Assembly: GCA_028289425.1 (NCBI GenBank)
Contig: JANQPL010000014.1
Coordinates: 196,886 to 260,885, forward strand
Direction: 5' to 3'
DNA: 64,000 nt
Source of the DNA: Alphaproteobacteria bacterium
GTDB taxonomy: Bacteria; Pseudomonadota; Alphaproteobacteria; JANQMY01
Both the position numbers and the translations under genes were made by a program. The notes below the pieces were generated by a model. It ran no database searches. It was not told the DNA's origin and saw nothing but the letters and a program-made list of their open reading frames with translations. This document shows positions 50,508-59,681 of this stretch, piece after piece (position 1 is the first letter of the stretch; every line of letters begins with the position of its first letter).

Positions 50508-52559
50508 ATGAGTGCGAGATCTTGCTTGAGGCATACTTTTGTTTCAGTTTCGCTACTAGCAGCCACAGCCTGTTCAACCGCGCCACCGTCCATCTTCCAA
50601 CCATTTACATTGGACCGAGGCAATTCAGTCGCCACGGACGCGGGACAGCGCGTTATCGTCAACATGAAAACCCACGCCTCTTCCCGCCCTGGTCGCGTCA
50701 ACCCAGAGCGCATTATCTGCGCCGAACCAAGCCCCGATGTAGCGTCTGCCGTGGCCAGTTCCTTCGGCTTCGGATTGAATATTCTTGGTAAGGCAAATAC
50801 AGCGTTGTCGAACAGTCAAGGAACCGCTCTCGCACAATTGGCGGAACGCACGATCACAGTGCAATTGCTCCGTGATCAGATGTATCAAGCCTGTCAGGCA
50901 TACGCGAATGGTGCCATATCCGGTACGGAGTATTCTCTGTTGATGAGCCGCAACAACGACGCCATGGTCACTCTGATGCTCGGCGAATCAGCAGCGCGGC
51001 TCGTAGGTCGCAATCTTGCAACAGCATCTGTCGGAGGTAGCGGATCGGCAACCGCAACCATGCCCGACATAGTCAAAGCGCTGACTGAAGCCGCTGACGC
51101 TCAAGACGAAGCGGAAGACGCCAACAAAGAAGCAGTGGACGCCGCAAAGACTAAGGCTGCTACTGACGCAGCTGTCCAAGGAACCAACGCAGATACCAGT
51201 GACGCCGGAACCGATAATGCCGAAAATAACGCTGCGCAGGCTGCCAATAATCAAGAAGACACGGAGCAAAAAGCGGATGAAAAAAACAAAAAAGCCAAGG
51301 AAACTATCGAGAAAGCCGTCAGTGTCGTCACAAACGCCTCAACCACAGCTAGCACAACGGCCGGTGGTTTTACAGCTGGCCCGCCGACACTTAATGAACA
51401 CGCTGTCGGTGTCGCCGAGCAACTAGTGGAATTGCAGGAAAATTATTTTGGGCAAGGCACGTCAGCACATTTTATCGCCGCGTGCACAGTGGAGCTCGGA
51501 AATAATCGAAACTTTTTCAATATAGACTGGAACCGTGCCGAGGATCCGAAGTTGAAACTGACCAACGATCGTCAAGGTTTCGACCAACAAGTTGTGAGCG
51601 TGGCAAATGCGGCGGTCGCTTACAACGCAGCTGAGACAAATGCCAAAGGAATAGAAATCGCTAGCGAATTGATGGGCCTCGCTAATCAGGTGCGCGAGGC
51701 AGAAGAAATCAAAGAAAACGCGGAAGACGAGAAGCTATATATCAGTACATACAAGAATGGTGACCTCAGCGACAATGTTCTGAACGGCGCCGGTAAGGCC
51801 TACGATGTCGCGCAGAGGATAGAACAGAATAGAGGCTTCTTAGGAATCTTCGGCCGAAGAAAGTCCATCACTGAGGACCGACTGAGAACTTTGGTTGCAC
51901 TTGAAAATGCAAAGAAGGCCTCCGTTTTGTCTGATATCTGTTATCAACTTTTGGATAGCGAACTCGAACTCGATCGCCAAGATCTCCATAAGAAAGACCT
52001 GTTCAATTTCATGATTGATTTAGAAAGAGAAAGGTCGAAACGCTTCAAATCGGCCAGGCCTGGATCACCTCCACCAAGTAAGCCCAAACCGGACCTTAAA
52101 GATATACCGCGATTGGTGGCAGAGTACGTACTTTGTGATGAAGAGGCCGACGGAAGCAACGCGAACAGCGATGCAGAGCAAGCCAAAGTCGAAGCCTGCC
52201 GCATCCGCGTCCTCGCGCAAATCACGGACGAAGGTTCGGGAGCGAATATCAGCAGCCACACAAACACTAATGGCGTTGCATATGAAGAAAGCCTCGCCGG
52301 CCCCTATATCGTCTTAATCGCGAGTTACGGAAGTAAGCAAAAGGCAGATGAAAACTGGCTCAAGATTGAGAGCGCCTTGGGTCAGCAGCTACTTGCTGGC
52401 AAGAAGAAAAGCCTCAAGAAAATAAAATCGAACGGCCAAGATCAACTTAGTTTACGTCTAGGTTCATTTACTGATGAGGCGAGTGCGACATCTTTCTGTC
52501 AGCAGGCGAAACCGAAGCTCGACCCAATCGGCGGGCAGTGCATACCAAAAAAGCTGTAG
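50508..52559 (+). CDS. Large lipoprotein with CAEPSPD domain, helical region and C-terminal SPOR domain
   Basis: GGAGG RBS, lipobox-like AATAC, CAEPSPD...QLLRDQMYQACQAYANG, C-terminal YIVLIASY...A...W...LRLGSF...A..FC...C (SPOR). Confidence 0.72.
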   Translation: MSARSCLRHTFVSVSLLAATACSTAPPSIFQPFTLDRGNSVATDAGQRVIVNMKTHASSRPGRVNPERIICAEPSPDVASAVASSFGFGLNILGKANTALSNSQGTALAQLAERTITVQLLRDQMYQACQAYANGAISGTEYSLLMSRNNDAMVTLMLGESAARLVGRNLATASVGGSGSATATMPDIVKALTEAADAQDEAEDANKEAVDAAKTKAATDAAVQGTNADTSDAGTDNAENNAAQAANNQEDTEQKADEKNKKAKETIEKAVSVVTNASTTASTTAGGFTAGPPTLNEHAVGVAEQLVELQENYFGQGTSAHFIAACTVELGNNRNFFNIDWNRAEDPKLKLTNDRQGFDQQVVSVANAAVAYNAAETNAKGIEIASELMGLANQVREAEEIKENAEDEKLYISTYKNGDLSDNVLNGAGKAYDVAQRIEQNRGFLGIFGRRKSITEDRLRTLVALENAKKASVLSDICYQLLDSELELDRQDLHKKDLFNFMIDLERERSKRFKSARPGSPPPSKPKPDLKDIPRLVAEYVLCDEEADGSNANSDAEQAKVEACRIRVLAQITDEGSGANISSHTNTNGVAYEESLAGPYIVLIASYGSKQKADENWLKIESALGQQLLAGKKKSLKKIKSNGQDQLSLRLGSFTDEASATSFCQQAKPKLDPIGGQCIPKKL

Positions 52560-52581
52560 TCAAACGGTGCAAGGATATGTT

Positions 52582-53082
52582 TTAGCCCACGCTTCCCAAA
52601 TCAGCCTGGGTCGAACCCACACGGCTCGGCAAAACAAGGCCGTGATTTTGCAGCACCAGAGCAAATCGACGAACACTGATGGAAAGAACACTCTGGGAAG
52701 CGGGACGCACGAGCCAATCGACCAACCCATCCGATAACGGAAGATCTTTATGCTGATCGGCCGCCACGAGAGTCAGAAGGGCAAGTTCATCGGGCGTCAC
52801 GGGGCAGCCCGGGGCCCCTGGCGAAAAGGGCCGGCGGCCATTGTATTTTAGGCACAGCATGATATCGCCGAATGCCCGCATGGCTTCCGTGCTGTCCGTT
52901 TCGCCCAAGTAACCGCAAATACCGGCCCAGAGCCGTGCCCACCGGCTGGTGCCGTTCAGCCAATTTCTCTGCACCCAGAGCACAAACTGCTCCTCATGGA
53001 CAAGGTCGGCCAAGTGCAAACGGGAGGCCCGATGCTCATCATTCCTTTCGACACAACCCGCCACCAATTCCAGCGCTGACAT
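52582..53082 (-). CDS. Hypothetical protein divergent from bfd
   Basis: GGAGG RBS before ATG 53082; 166 aa with EQFVLW..R.W and GRRP...PGCPVTPDE motifs. Confidence 0.7.
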   Translation of the reverse strand: MSALELVAGCVERNDEHRASRLHLADLVHEEQFVLWVQRNWLNGTSRWARLWAGICGYLGETDSTEAMRAFGDIMLCLKYNGRRPFSPGAPGCPVTPDELALLTLVAADQHKDLPLSDGLVDWLVRPASQSVLSISVRRFALVLQNHGLVLPSRVGSTQADLGSVG

Positions 53083-53130
53083 AGGACCTCCTGGCCGCCT
53101 CCCGGTCTTGAACCCTATCAGCATAGCTCA

Positions 53131-53195
53131 AATTGCGAATGAGTTGCAATTTCAGAAAGGTGCGACATTTTCGTAATTGACACTCATTCGCAAAA
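53131..53195. promoter_or_regulatory. Two alpha-type Fur-like iron boxes
   Basis: AATTGCGAATGAGTTGCAATT (53131-53151) and AATTGACACTCATTCGCAAAA (53175-53195), 7-1-7 palindromes upstream of bfd-bfr. Confidence 0.72.
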
Positions 53196-53235
53196 GGGCC
53201 ATATTGCACACGCTTGGTTGTCAATGGGATTTGAC

Positions 53236-53433
53236 ATGTACATTTGTGTTTGCAACGCCCTTACCGAAAACTGCGTCCGCAGCGCTCTCTCGGAGTCCGG
53301 ACCGGATGTGGTGGGCGTGTTCGGCAAGCACGGCACAAAACCCAAATGCGGCAAGTGCTTATCCCACCTTCGCGATTTCATGCACCGCATCAATCAAGAC
53401 CAAACAACGGCAGAGGCCGGCAAAACAGCCTGA
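53236..53433 (+). CDS. bfd: Bacterioferritin-associated ferredoxin
   Basis: MYICVCN...CGKC; upstream of bfr. Confidence 0.9.
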   Translation: MYICVCNALTENCVRSALSESGPDVVGVFGKHGTKPKCGKCLSHLRDFMHRINQDQTTAEAGKTA

Positions 53434-53538
53434 CCTGTCCTTCCAATCTCAAATTAGTGTAGTGTGGATCAAGAATCGTGGCACTTTGCGGTCGCGACGA
53501 TTGTCATATTTTCTGCCCTAATTCTTGGAGTATGCGCC

Positions 53539-54027
53539 ATGAAAGGCGACGCGAAGGTCATCGAATATCTTAACAAAGCCCTCAAACAAGAACTGACCAC
53601 GATCAATCAATACTTCTTGCACGCCAAGATGTTCCAGAATTGGGGTTTTAAGCATCTCTACGAAAAAGAATACGAAGAATCGATCGACGAAATGAAGCAT
53701 GCCGACAAGCTCATGGAACGCATCCTGTTCCTGGAGGGGCTGCCAAACCTGCAGGATCTTGATCGGCTGCTCATCGGCGAAAATGTTCAAGAATGTCTCG
53801 AATGCGATCTAAAGGCGGAGATGAACGCCCATCCCATGTATGTGGAGGCGATCGCCTATTGCGAAAGTGTAAAGGATTATGTGACCCGTGAGCTCTTCGA
53901 AGACATATTGGAATCTGAGGAAGAGCATATTGACTGGCTGGAAACCCAGCTTGAGCTGATCGACAAGGTGGGCATGAAGAACTATCTCCAGTCGGCCATG
54001 AGCGGCGACGACTCCTCTTCCTCCTAG
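53539..54027 (+). CDS. bfr: Bacterioferritin
   Basis: [46 protein letters not shown]. Confidence 0.97.
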   Translation: MKGDAKVIEYLNKALKQELTTINQYFLHAKMFQNWGFKHLYEKEYEESIDEMKHADKLMERILFLEGLPNLQDLDRLLIGENVQECLECDLKAEMNAHPMYVEAIAYCESVKDYVTRELFEDILESEEEHIDWLETQLELIDKVGMKNYLQSAMSGDDSSSS

Positions 54028-54169
54028 AGCGCTTCCTTGCCATATTGAAACGCTCTAGGATTAACAACATTTTGAACATTCGTGTGCTTGTGTCTCATGG
54101 CACATGCACTGGCACGTCCCCATATTGCGTCGGACGACAGGGGGTTCCAGCGCAAGGAAGGGCGTGACC

Positions 54170-55522
54170 ATGGTGCGGTACGTTGCGTTACTGCTTTTTC
54201 TGACATTCCCGGCACTCTTGGCCATCGGGCAAGTACAGGAATACACATTGCCGCCGCAACTCGGCGGGGATACGGCAGACCCGTCCTTGTTCTTGCAACA
54301 GGACAGCGCTCAATCGGCGCCCCAAGAGATCGTTCCGGGCATTTTCAAAGCGACCGGCTTCGGCAACACGCTGCTTGTGAAGACCGAGGCCGGATCCGTG
54401 GTGATCGACACCTCTATGCCCAGCAGTGCACAGGCCCATCGCGACGTGCTATCCCAAGTAAGCCCCGATGCGCCGAAATACATCATTGTCACCCATGGCC
54501 ACGGCGACCACACCGGCGGGATACGCACCTGGCTCGGCCCCGACACCAAAGTCATCGCTCAGAGAAATTTCGAAGAATTTCGCGCTTACCAAGACATGCT
54601 GCGCGGCTTTTTTAACCGGCGCAATGCGGCCCAGTTTGGACTGGACCTGCCCGCCGGCACGCCGACGCCGGAAGCGCAAGCAGACGCACGGCCCGAAAAG
54701 AAACTGCCGCTCGTCCTTTTCGATAAGGATTACGATCTTACGCTCGGCGGCTTGACGTTCAAACTGCAGCACATGCCGGGGGAAACCTATGACGCATTGA
54801 CCGTCTGGATACCCGAAAAGAAAGCGGTGTTTACCGGCGATCTTCTGTATACGTCATTTCCCAACATCTATACCTTACGCGGCACCCGCCCCCGCTGGGC
54901 GCTCGACTACGTGCAGTCGCTTGAAAAAGTGATGGCGCTCAAGGCCGATGTGCTGATTCCAAGCCACGGCGACCCCATCATCGGCGCCGACAATGTTGCC
55001 GCCATGCTGAAGAAGCACCGGGACGCCATCCGCTATGTGCATGACGCCACCGTCGCCGGCATGAATGAGGGCAAAGACGTCTTCACCCTGATGCGGGAAA
55101 TCGAACTGCCACCGGAACTGGCCTTGCCGGAATCCTATGGAAAGGTCGCTTGGTCCGTACGCGGTATTTATGAGGGCTATGTGGGTTGGTTTGACGGCAA
55201 CCCGGCCCATATGTATGGCGTGCCCCCCAATGCCGGCTATCCCGAACTGGTGGAACTGGCGGGTGGTGCAGATCCGGTCGCGGTCAGCGCCCAAAGGCTG
55301 TTGCTCCAGGGTAAAGACGTGAAAGCGTTGCAATTGGCGGATGCAGCTCTGATGGCAGATCCCGACAACGAAGGCGCGCTGCGGGTACGGCTGACAGCAT
55401 TGCAGTCGTTGCGGGCCAAATCACAAAACTTCAACGAAGCCGGCTGGCTCCACGCAGGCATTCGCGCCACACGCAAACGCATGCAAGAGTTGGAGATGGA
55501 CGAAGCTCCTTCCACCCAATAG
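54170..55522 (+). CDS. Exported alkyl/aryl-sulfatase-like metallo-beta-lactamase-fold hydrolase (no SCP2 domain)
   Basis: Signal peptide, THGHGDHTGG, PGET, FPNIYTLRG, PSHG, YG.VAWSVRGIY..Y.GWFDGNP. Confidence 0.82.
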   Translation: MVRYVALLLFLTFPALLAIGQVQEYTLPPQLGGDTADPSLFLQQDSAQSAPQEIVPGIFKATGFGNTLLVKTEAGSVVIDTSMPSSAQAHRDVLSQVSPDAPKYIIVTHGHGDHTGGIRTWLGPDTKVIAQRNFEEFRAYQDMLRGFFNRRNAAQFGLDLPAGTPTPEAQADARPEKKLPLVLFDKDYDLTLGGLTFKLQHMPGETYDALTVWIPEKKAVFTGDLLYTSFPNIYTLRGTRPRWALDYVQSLEKVMALKADVLIPSHGDPIIGADNVAAMLKKHRDAIRYVHDATVAGMNEGKDVFTLMREIELPPELALPESYGKVAWSVRGIYEGYVGWFDGNPAHMYGVPPNAGYPELVELAGGADPVAVSAQRLLLQGKDVKALQLADAALMADPDNEGALRVRLTALQSLRAKSQNFNEAGWLHAGIRATRKRMQELEMDEAPSTQ

Positions 55523-55552
55523 GTTCTTTTACTCTCTAATACGCATACGAAC

Positions 55553-55581
55553 AAAAAAGAGGTGCAAGAAACTTGCACCTC
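55553..55581 (-). terminator. Intrinsic terminator
   Basis: 10-bp stem GAGGTGCAAG/CTTGCACCTC with a U-tract on the minus strand. Confidence 0.8.
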
Positions 55582-55616
55582 GATCAGGTCATTGCGGGTT
55601 GGGTTCTGGAACTTCG

Positions 55617-56075
55617 TTACTCTTCCGGGGAGTCCTTGCGGGGGTTCCGTTCATTCATGAAACGATCGAACTCATCCCGGTCCTTTTTACGCCTCAGTTC
55701 GTCTTGGAACTCACGGAAAGATTCGATCTCCCCTTCCAAGCGGCGACGCTCTTCATCAAGCCGGCGCAGTGTTTCTTCGCGGTAGTCGTCGAAGGCGGCG
55801 TTTCCGGTGTAAGAGCGCGGCGAACGGCGACGATAGCCATGCCGGCGATGGTGGTCGTCATGCCAATTGCCCCAACGGTCTTTGGCGCGATCGACAAAGC
55901 GCGTGAAGTCGCCGGGTTCGGCAAAAATGTTGTACAGAAGAATGGCCAAGCCCACCGGCCAAAAGATTACAAAGCCGGCCACCATGGCCACAATGTTGAG
56001 GGGTTTCCAATTACCCCGGGCACCACCACAATAATAGTTTCTATGAGACACTTTGTGGACGGTGGAGTCACTCAT
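55617..56075 (-). CDS. DUF2852 family membrane protein
   Basis: MVAGFVIFWPVGLA, TGNAAFDDYREETLRRL, KDRDEFDRFM. Confidence 0.88.
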   Translation of the reverse strand: MSDSTVHKVSHRNYYCGGARGNWKPLNIVAMVAGFVIFWPVGLAILLYNIFAEPGDFTRFVDRAKDRWGNWHDDHHRRHGYRRRSPRSYTGNAAFDDYREETLRRLDEERRRLEGEIESFREFQDELRRKKDRDEFDRFMNERNPRKDSPEE

Positions 56076-56597
56076 TCAGACATCTCCTTCGGTTCAATAC
56101 AGTCTAGGGCTCGCTACGGATGAGTCATAGGTGGGATGCAGAACACAATATTCAAGCAAACGCCCCGTTTACGCCGCTTTCCACCGTGATTTTTTTGTAA
56201 CAGAGTGTTACGCCTGCCGCAGCAACACGGGTATGTAATCTTTGTACGGATGTTTTGAGTTTGAATGGCGCGCACGCGGCACTGATCGCAGCCGACCGGT
56301 TGGCGCGTTCTTGACGCATGCCTGACAAGAGCGAACGTCGCTCCTTGGCACGGCTTCATTGTCTTGTTGGTAGGTTTTTTTGAGATAGGAACGGCCCCCA
56401 GAAAAAACAAGGGTCGGCGACTGGGACCGAAAATCGGTCGATCCAGGCTCGGCGGCGTATCCGGACAAATCCGCAACACCGGTCTGACAATATGAGAATT
56501 GATCGCAACGGCCCGGTCGATCTCCAGTTTTTGCGTAGCAAACACTAGAAAACCGCCGGTTTTGTCCCAATTAAAAAGTGATACGCGCGTCATATTT

Positions 56598-56625
56598 GTG
56601 CAATGCAATGATAATGCTTGCATCG
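56598..56625. promoter_or_regulatory. TGC-rich putative PhaR autoregulatory site
   Basis: TGTGCAATGCAAT...TGCTTGCAT upstream of phaR. Confidence 0.4.
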
Positions 56626-56740
56626 CCGAAATGGGCGCGACACAATACTATTGAGTACGGACCGGAGCGCTGCCGCGTGACCGCAGGGCCAGATGGTACT
56701 GGGGCAGCTTCGATCGACCACAAAACAAGACAGGATAGTC

Positions 56741-57352
56741 GTGGCAGGCAAGAACTCGTCTTCAGACGGGCCAATCACAATCAAGAAGTATGCGAACCGG
56801 CGCTTGTATAATACGGCGACGTCGAGCTATGTGACCCTGGACCACCTGGCCAAAATGGTGAAAGACGGCACCGACTTCTCGGTCTACGACGCCAAGACCG
56901 GTGAAGACATTACGCGCTCGGTGCTGACCCAAATCATTTTCGAGGAAGAAGGCAAAGGTCAAAACCTGCTGCCCATCAAGTTCTTGCGTCAGCTGATCCG
57001 TTTCTACGGCGACAGCCTTCAGGCGTTCGTGCCGGGTTATCTGGAGATGAGCATCGACAGCTTCGCTCGGAACCAAGAGGATATGCGCAAGCGCCTCACC
57101 TCAGCTTTTGGCGGCACGGCTGCCTTCAAGGATTTCGACGACCATATTCGCAACAACATCGCTATGTTCGAGCGGGCCGTGCGCATGTTCACGCCGTTCC
57201 CGTCAGCACAAGGTGTGGCGGACAAGAGCCGCAATGGGGAAGACCCTGACGCCGCGCCAGTGGACAGCAACAAGGACGATGAAATCACCGAGCTGAAGAA
57301 CCAGCTGGCGGCCATGCAAAAGCAGTTGGACGAAATCGCCAACAAGAACTAA
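56741..57352 (+). CDS. phaR: Polyhydroxyalkanoate synthesis repressor
   Basis: IKKYANRRLYNTATSSYVTL, DAKTGEDIT, LRQLIRFYG; the start could instead be 56693. Confidence 0.95.
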   Translation: MAGKNSSSDGPITIKKYANRRLYNTATSSYVTLDHLAKMVKDGTDFSVYDAKTGEDITRSVLTQIIFEEEGKGQNLLPIKFLRQLIRFYGDSLQAFVPGYLEMSIDSFARNQEDMRKRLTSAFGGTAAFKDFDDHIRNNIAMFERAVRMFTPFPSAQGVADKSRNGEDPDAAPVDSNKDDEITELKNQLAAMQKQLDEIANKN

Positions 57353-57371
57353 CCCCGGTTTAACGGTAGAA

Positions 57372-59108
57372 TTAGCTCACTTTGCTCGCATTAGCGGGCA
57401 CGGCATGGGTGACCTTGGTCAGCCACGCCGGATTGATCTCGGGCTTACCGTACAGGAACCCTTGGAAGTAATCGACGCCATAGCTGCGTAGTAAATCGGC
57501 GTCTTCTTCGGTGGCGACCCATTCGGCCACCGTGTCCAGATTAAAGTTGGCCGCCAGATCCACCAAAGTGCGAACGAACAATTGATTGTCTTTGTTGTCC
57601 GTCAGACCACGCACGAAGGACCCGTCGATCTTCACCATATCCACATCAAGCATTTGCAGATTGCGGAACGACGTATATCCGGCGCCAAAATCGTCGATGG
57701 CAACCTTGCATCCCAAATCGCGCAACGACGCAACAAAACGGGCGGAAGATTCAATATCGTGAATCGCGACCGTTTCCGTCAGCTCCAGCGTGAGCCGGTC
57801 GGCCACGTCGCGATTGCTGCGGATGTTGGACACGAACGCCCCCAGCCAAGAGGGGTCCGTGGCCGTCATACCGGACACATTCAAGGCAAGTTCCATTTGC
57901 GGATGCGCCCGCAAGGTCTCCACCGCCAATTCCAGAACACGCTGATCGACCAAACGCACCAGTCCCAATTGTTCCGCCACGGGAATAAAATCGCCCGCGA
58001 CCATGATCGAGCCATCGGGCGCCATCAGACGCAACAAGCATTCATTCTGCATGACGTTGCCCGTCCGGGCGCACACGATCGGCTGATAGGCCAAGACCAG
58101 CCGGCGGTCGTTCAGCGCCGATACCACTTGATCCGCAATGGCGGCCGTGCGCCGGCGCAGCGAATTGCGCTGCGGCGAAGACCGATAAACTTTAAAGGCG
58201 TCGCGCCCCGAACTCTTTGCGTCTTCCAGCGCTTCTTCGCCATGTGCCATGGCTTCCTGGCTGCTATGACCGCCAATGGGCAGCAAAACGCCGCCCACCG
58301 ATATTGTGGCGGAAACCGCACCCGCTTTCGTGCGAAAGACGCTGCCGCGCACGTTGGACCGCACCCACTCGGCCATTTCCATCATCTGGCGTTCGTTGGT
58401 CTTCGGCAGAATGAGACCGAACTTGTTGCCGGCCGACCGCCCGATAATGTCATCGTTGCGCAGGCATTCCTGCAGCACTTTGCCGGTTTGTGCGATCACC
58501 TCGTCGGCGATGTCGAAGCCATAGGTTTCGTTGATGACCGCCAAATCATCGATGCCCGCAACCAGATACGCTAGCGACGTCTGCGTTTTGTGAGCATCGG
58601 TGAGCGCGGCCTCCAAGCTGCCGCGCAGCCGGCTGCGGTTGAGATGCCCTGTCAGCTCATCAAAGGATGCAAGATAAGTAAGGCGCTCTTCCAACCGCTT
58701 GCGATTGGTGATGACCTTAATGAGGCCCACAACGCGTTCCGGCCGGCCGTCGGCAGCGGTAATGCAAATGCCGCGTTCTTCCAGCCAACAACTGCGGCCG
58801 TCTTCATAAAAGAACTGATACTCCGCCGTATAGGGTTTATCCGACACCGGCGATTGCTGCGCCGCACGGGCGCGCATGGCGACACCTTCCGGGTCCAGAT
58901 AATTGGCGTAGCCCGCGCCGGTGGCGATCGTGCTGACGTCGTCTATTTTGAGCGTTGTTTTGGCACCACCCGACCAAAGAATTTCATCGGTGGCCAAGTG
59001 CCACTCGAACACCAGTTCTTCCGCACACTGAAGCGCGGTCTGCAACCTCTCCAGTGGATCGGACGCCCAATTCGGGTCATTGACGCGGCTTGTTGTTCGA
59101 TCAGACAC
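57372..59108 (-). CDS. PAS-GGDEF(degenerate)-EAL c-di-GMP phosphodiesterase
   Basis: DELTGHLNR; GGDEF replaced by AGNKF; EAL domain with ECLLR, IDDFGAGYTS, KIDGSFV, QGFLY. Confidence 0.9.
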   Translation of the reverse strand: MSDRTTSRVNDPNWASDPLERLQTALQCAEELVFEWHLATDEILWSGGAKTTLKIDDVSTIATGAGYANYLDPEGVAMRARAAQQSPVSDKPYTAEYQFFYEDGRSCWLEERGICITAADGRPERVVGLIKVITNRKRLEERLTYLASFDELTGHLNRSRLRGSLEAALTDAHKTQTSLAYLVAGIDDLAVINETYGFDIADEVIAQTGKVLQECLRNDDIIGRSAGNKFGLILPKTNERQMMEMAEWVRSNVRGSVFRTKAGAVSATISVGGVLLPIGGHSSQEAMAHGEEALEDAKSSGRDAFKVYRSSPQRNSLRRRTAAIADQVVSALNDRRLVLAYQPIVCARTGNVMQNECLLRLMAPDGSIMVAGDFIPVAEQLGLVRLVDQRVLELAVETLRAHPQMELALNVSGMTATDPSWLGAFVSNIRSNRDVADRLTLELTETVAIHDIESSARFVASLRDLGCKVAIDDFGAGYTSFRNLQMLDVDMVKIDGSFVRGLTDNKDNQLFVRTLVDLAANFNLDTVAEWVATEEDADLLRSYGVDYFQGFLYGKPEINPAWLTKVTHAVPANASKVS

Positions 59109-59193
59109 GAGCGCCCCTTAAAAAGGTCAGTTCAGCCTACCCCGCGGACCGGCAAAGTCCCCCTCGGGCCACGTGCGGGGAGCCTGCAATCTA

Positions 59194-59208
59194 ATAAAAA
59201 GGTGTTAA
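59194..59208. promoter_or_regulatory. CtrA-like box
   Basis: Minus strand TTAA-CACCTTT-TTAT between the divergent PDE and hypothetical genes. Confidence 0.4.
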
Positions 59209-59324
59209 GAAATGCGAAATGTGGGCGCCCCGATTGCACCTTAGGGTCGTAGCGGGCCTCGCCTTCAAGGCCCCAGACCCGTGTGCCAATCTGGGATGGC
59301 ATTCAAATTGCTCTTGCCTGCATC

Positions 59325-59678
59325 ATGATGATTTCCGGCACAAGCATGCGACCGCCCGAGAGCCTGTCACCACAGGCAACCGCCGCATCGCGGTCGGGCG
59401 CAGAGGAGCCGCAAGGCGCCGTCTCGCCTGCCAACGGGACCGACGGTCCCAGACCGGAACACCATCAGGCCGATCAATTGCCGGCCCGCGTTCATCAGGA
59501 AAGTTCGGCTCTGCACGAAGGTCAATTGCGCCACACCATGCGCATGCCCCAATCCGCTTTTGCAGCGCAGATGCTTCACCAGTGGTCCGGAGAAGATGAC
59601 CATGGCGTCTACCTGCTGCGCGAACGCGCATACCGGCAGCCGCTCCCTCAGCCCCAATCGCACAACGAAACGCACTAG
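59325..59678 (+). CDS. Hypothetical low-complexity protein
   Basis: 117-aa ORF filling the gap up to the ggt stop; C-terminal AFAAQML.Q...AYRQ; start uncertain. Confidence 0.5.
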   Translation: MMISGTSMRPPESLSPQATAASRSGAEEPQGAVSPANGTDGPRPEHHQADQLPARVHQESSALHEGQLRHTMRMPQSAFAAQMLHQWSGEDDHGVYLLRERAYRQPLPQPQSHNETH

Positions 59679-59681
59679 CCC

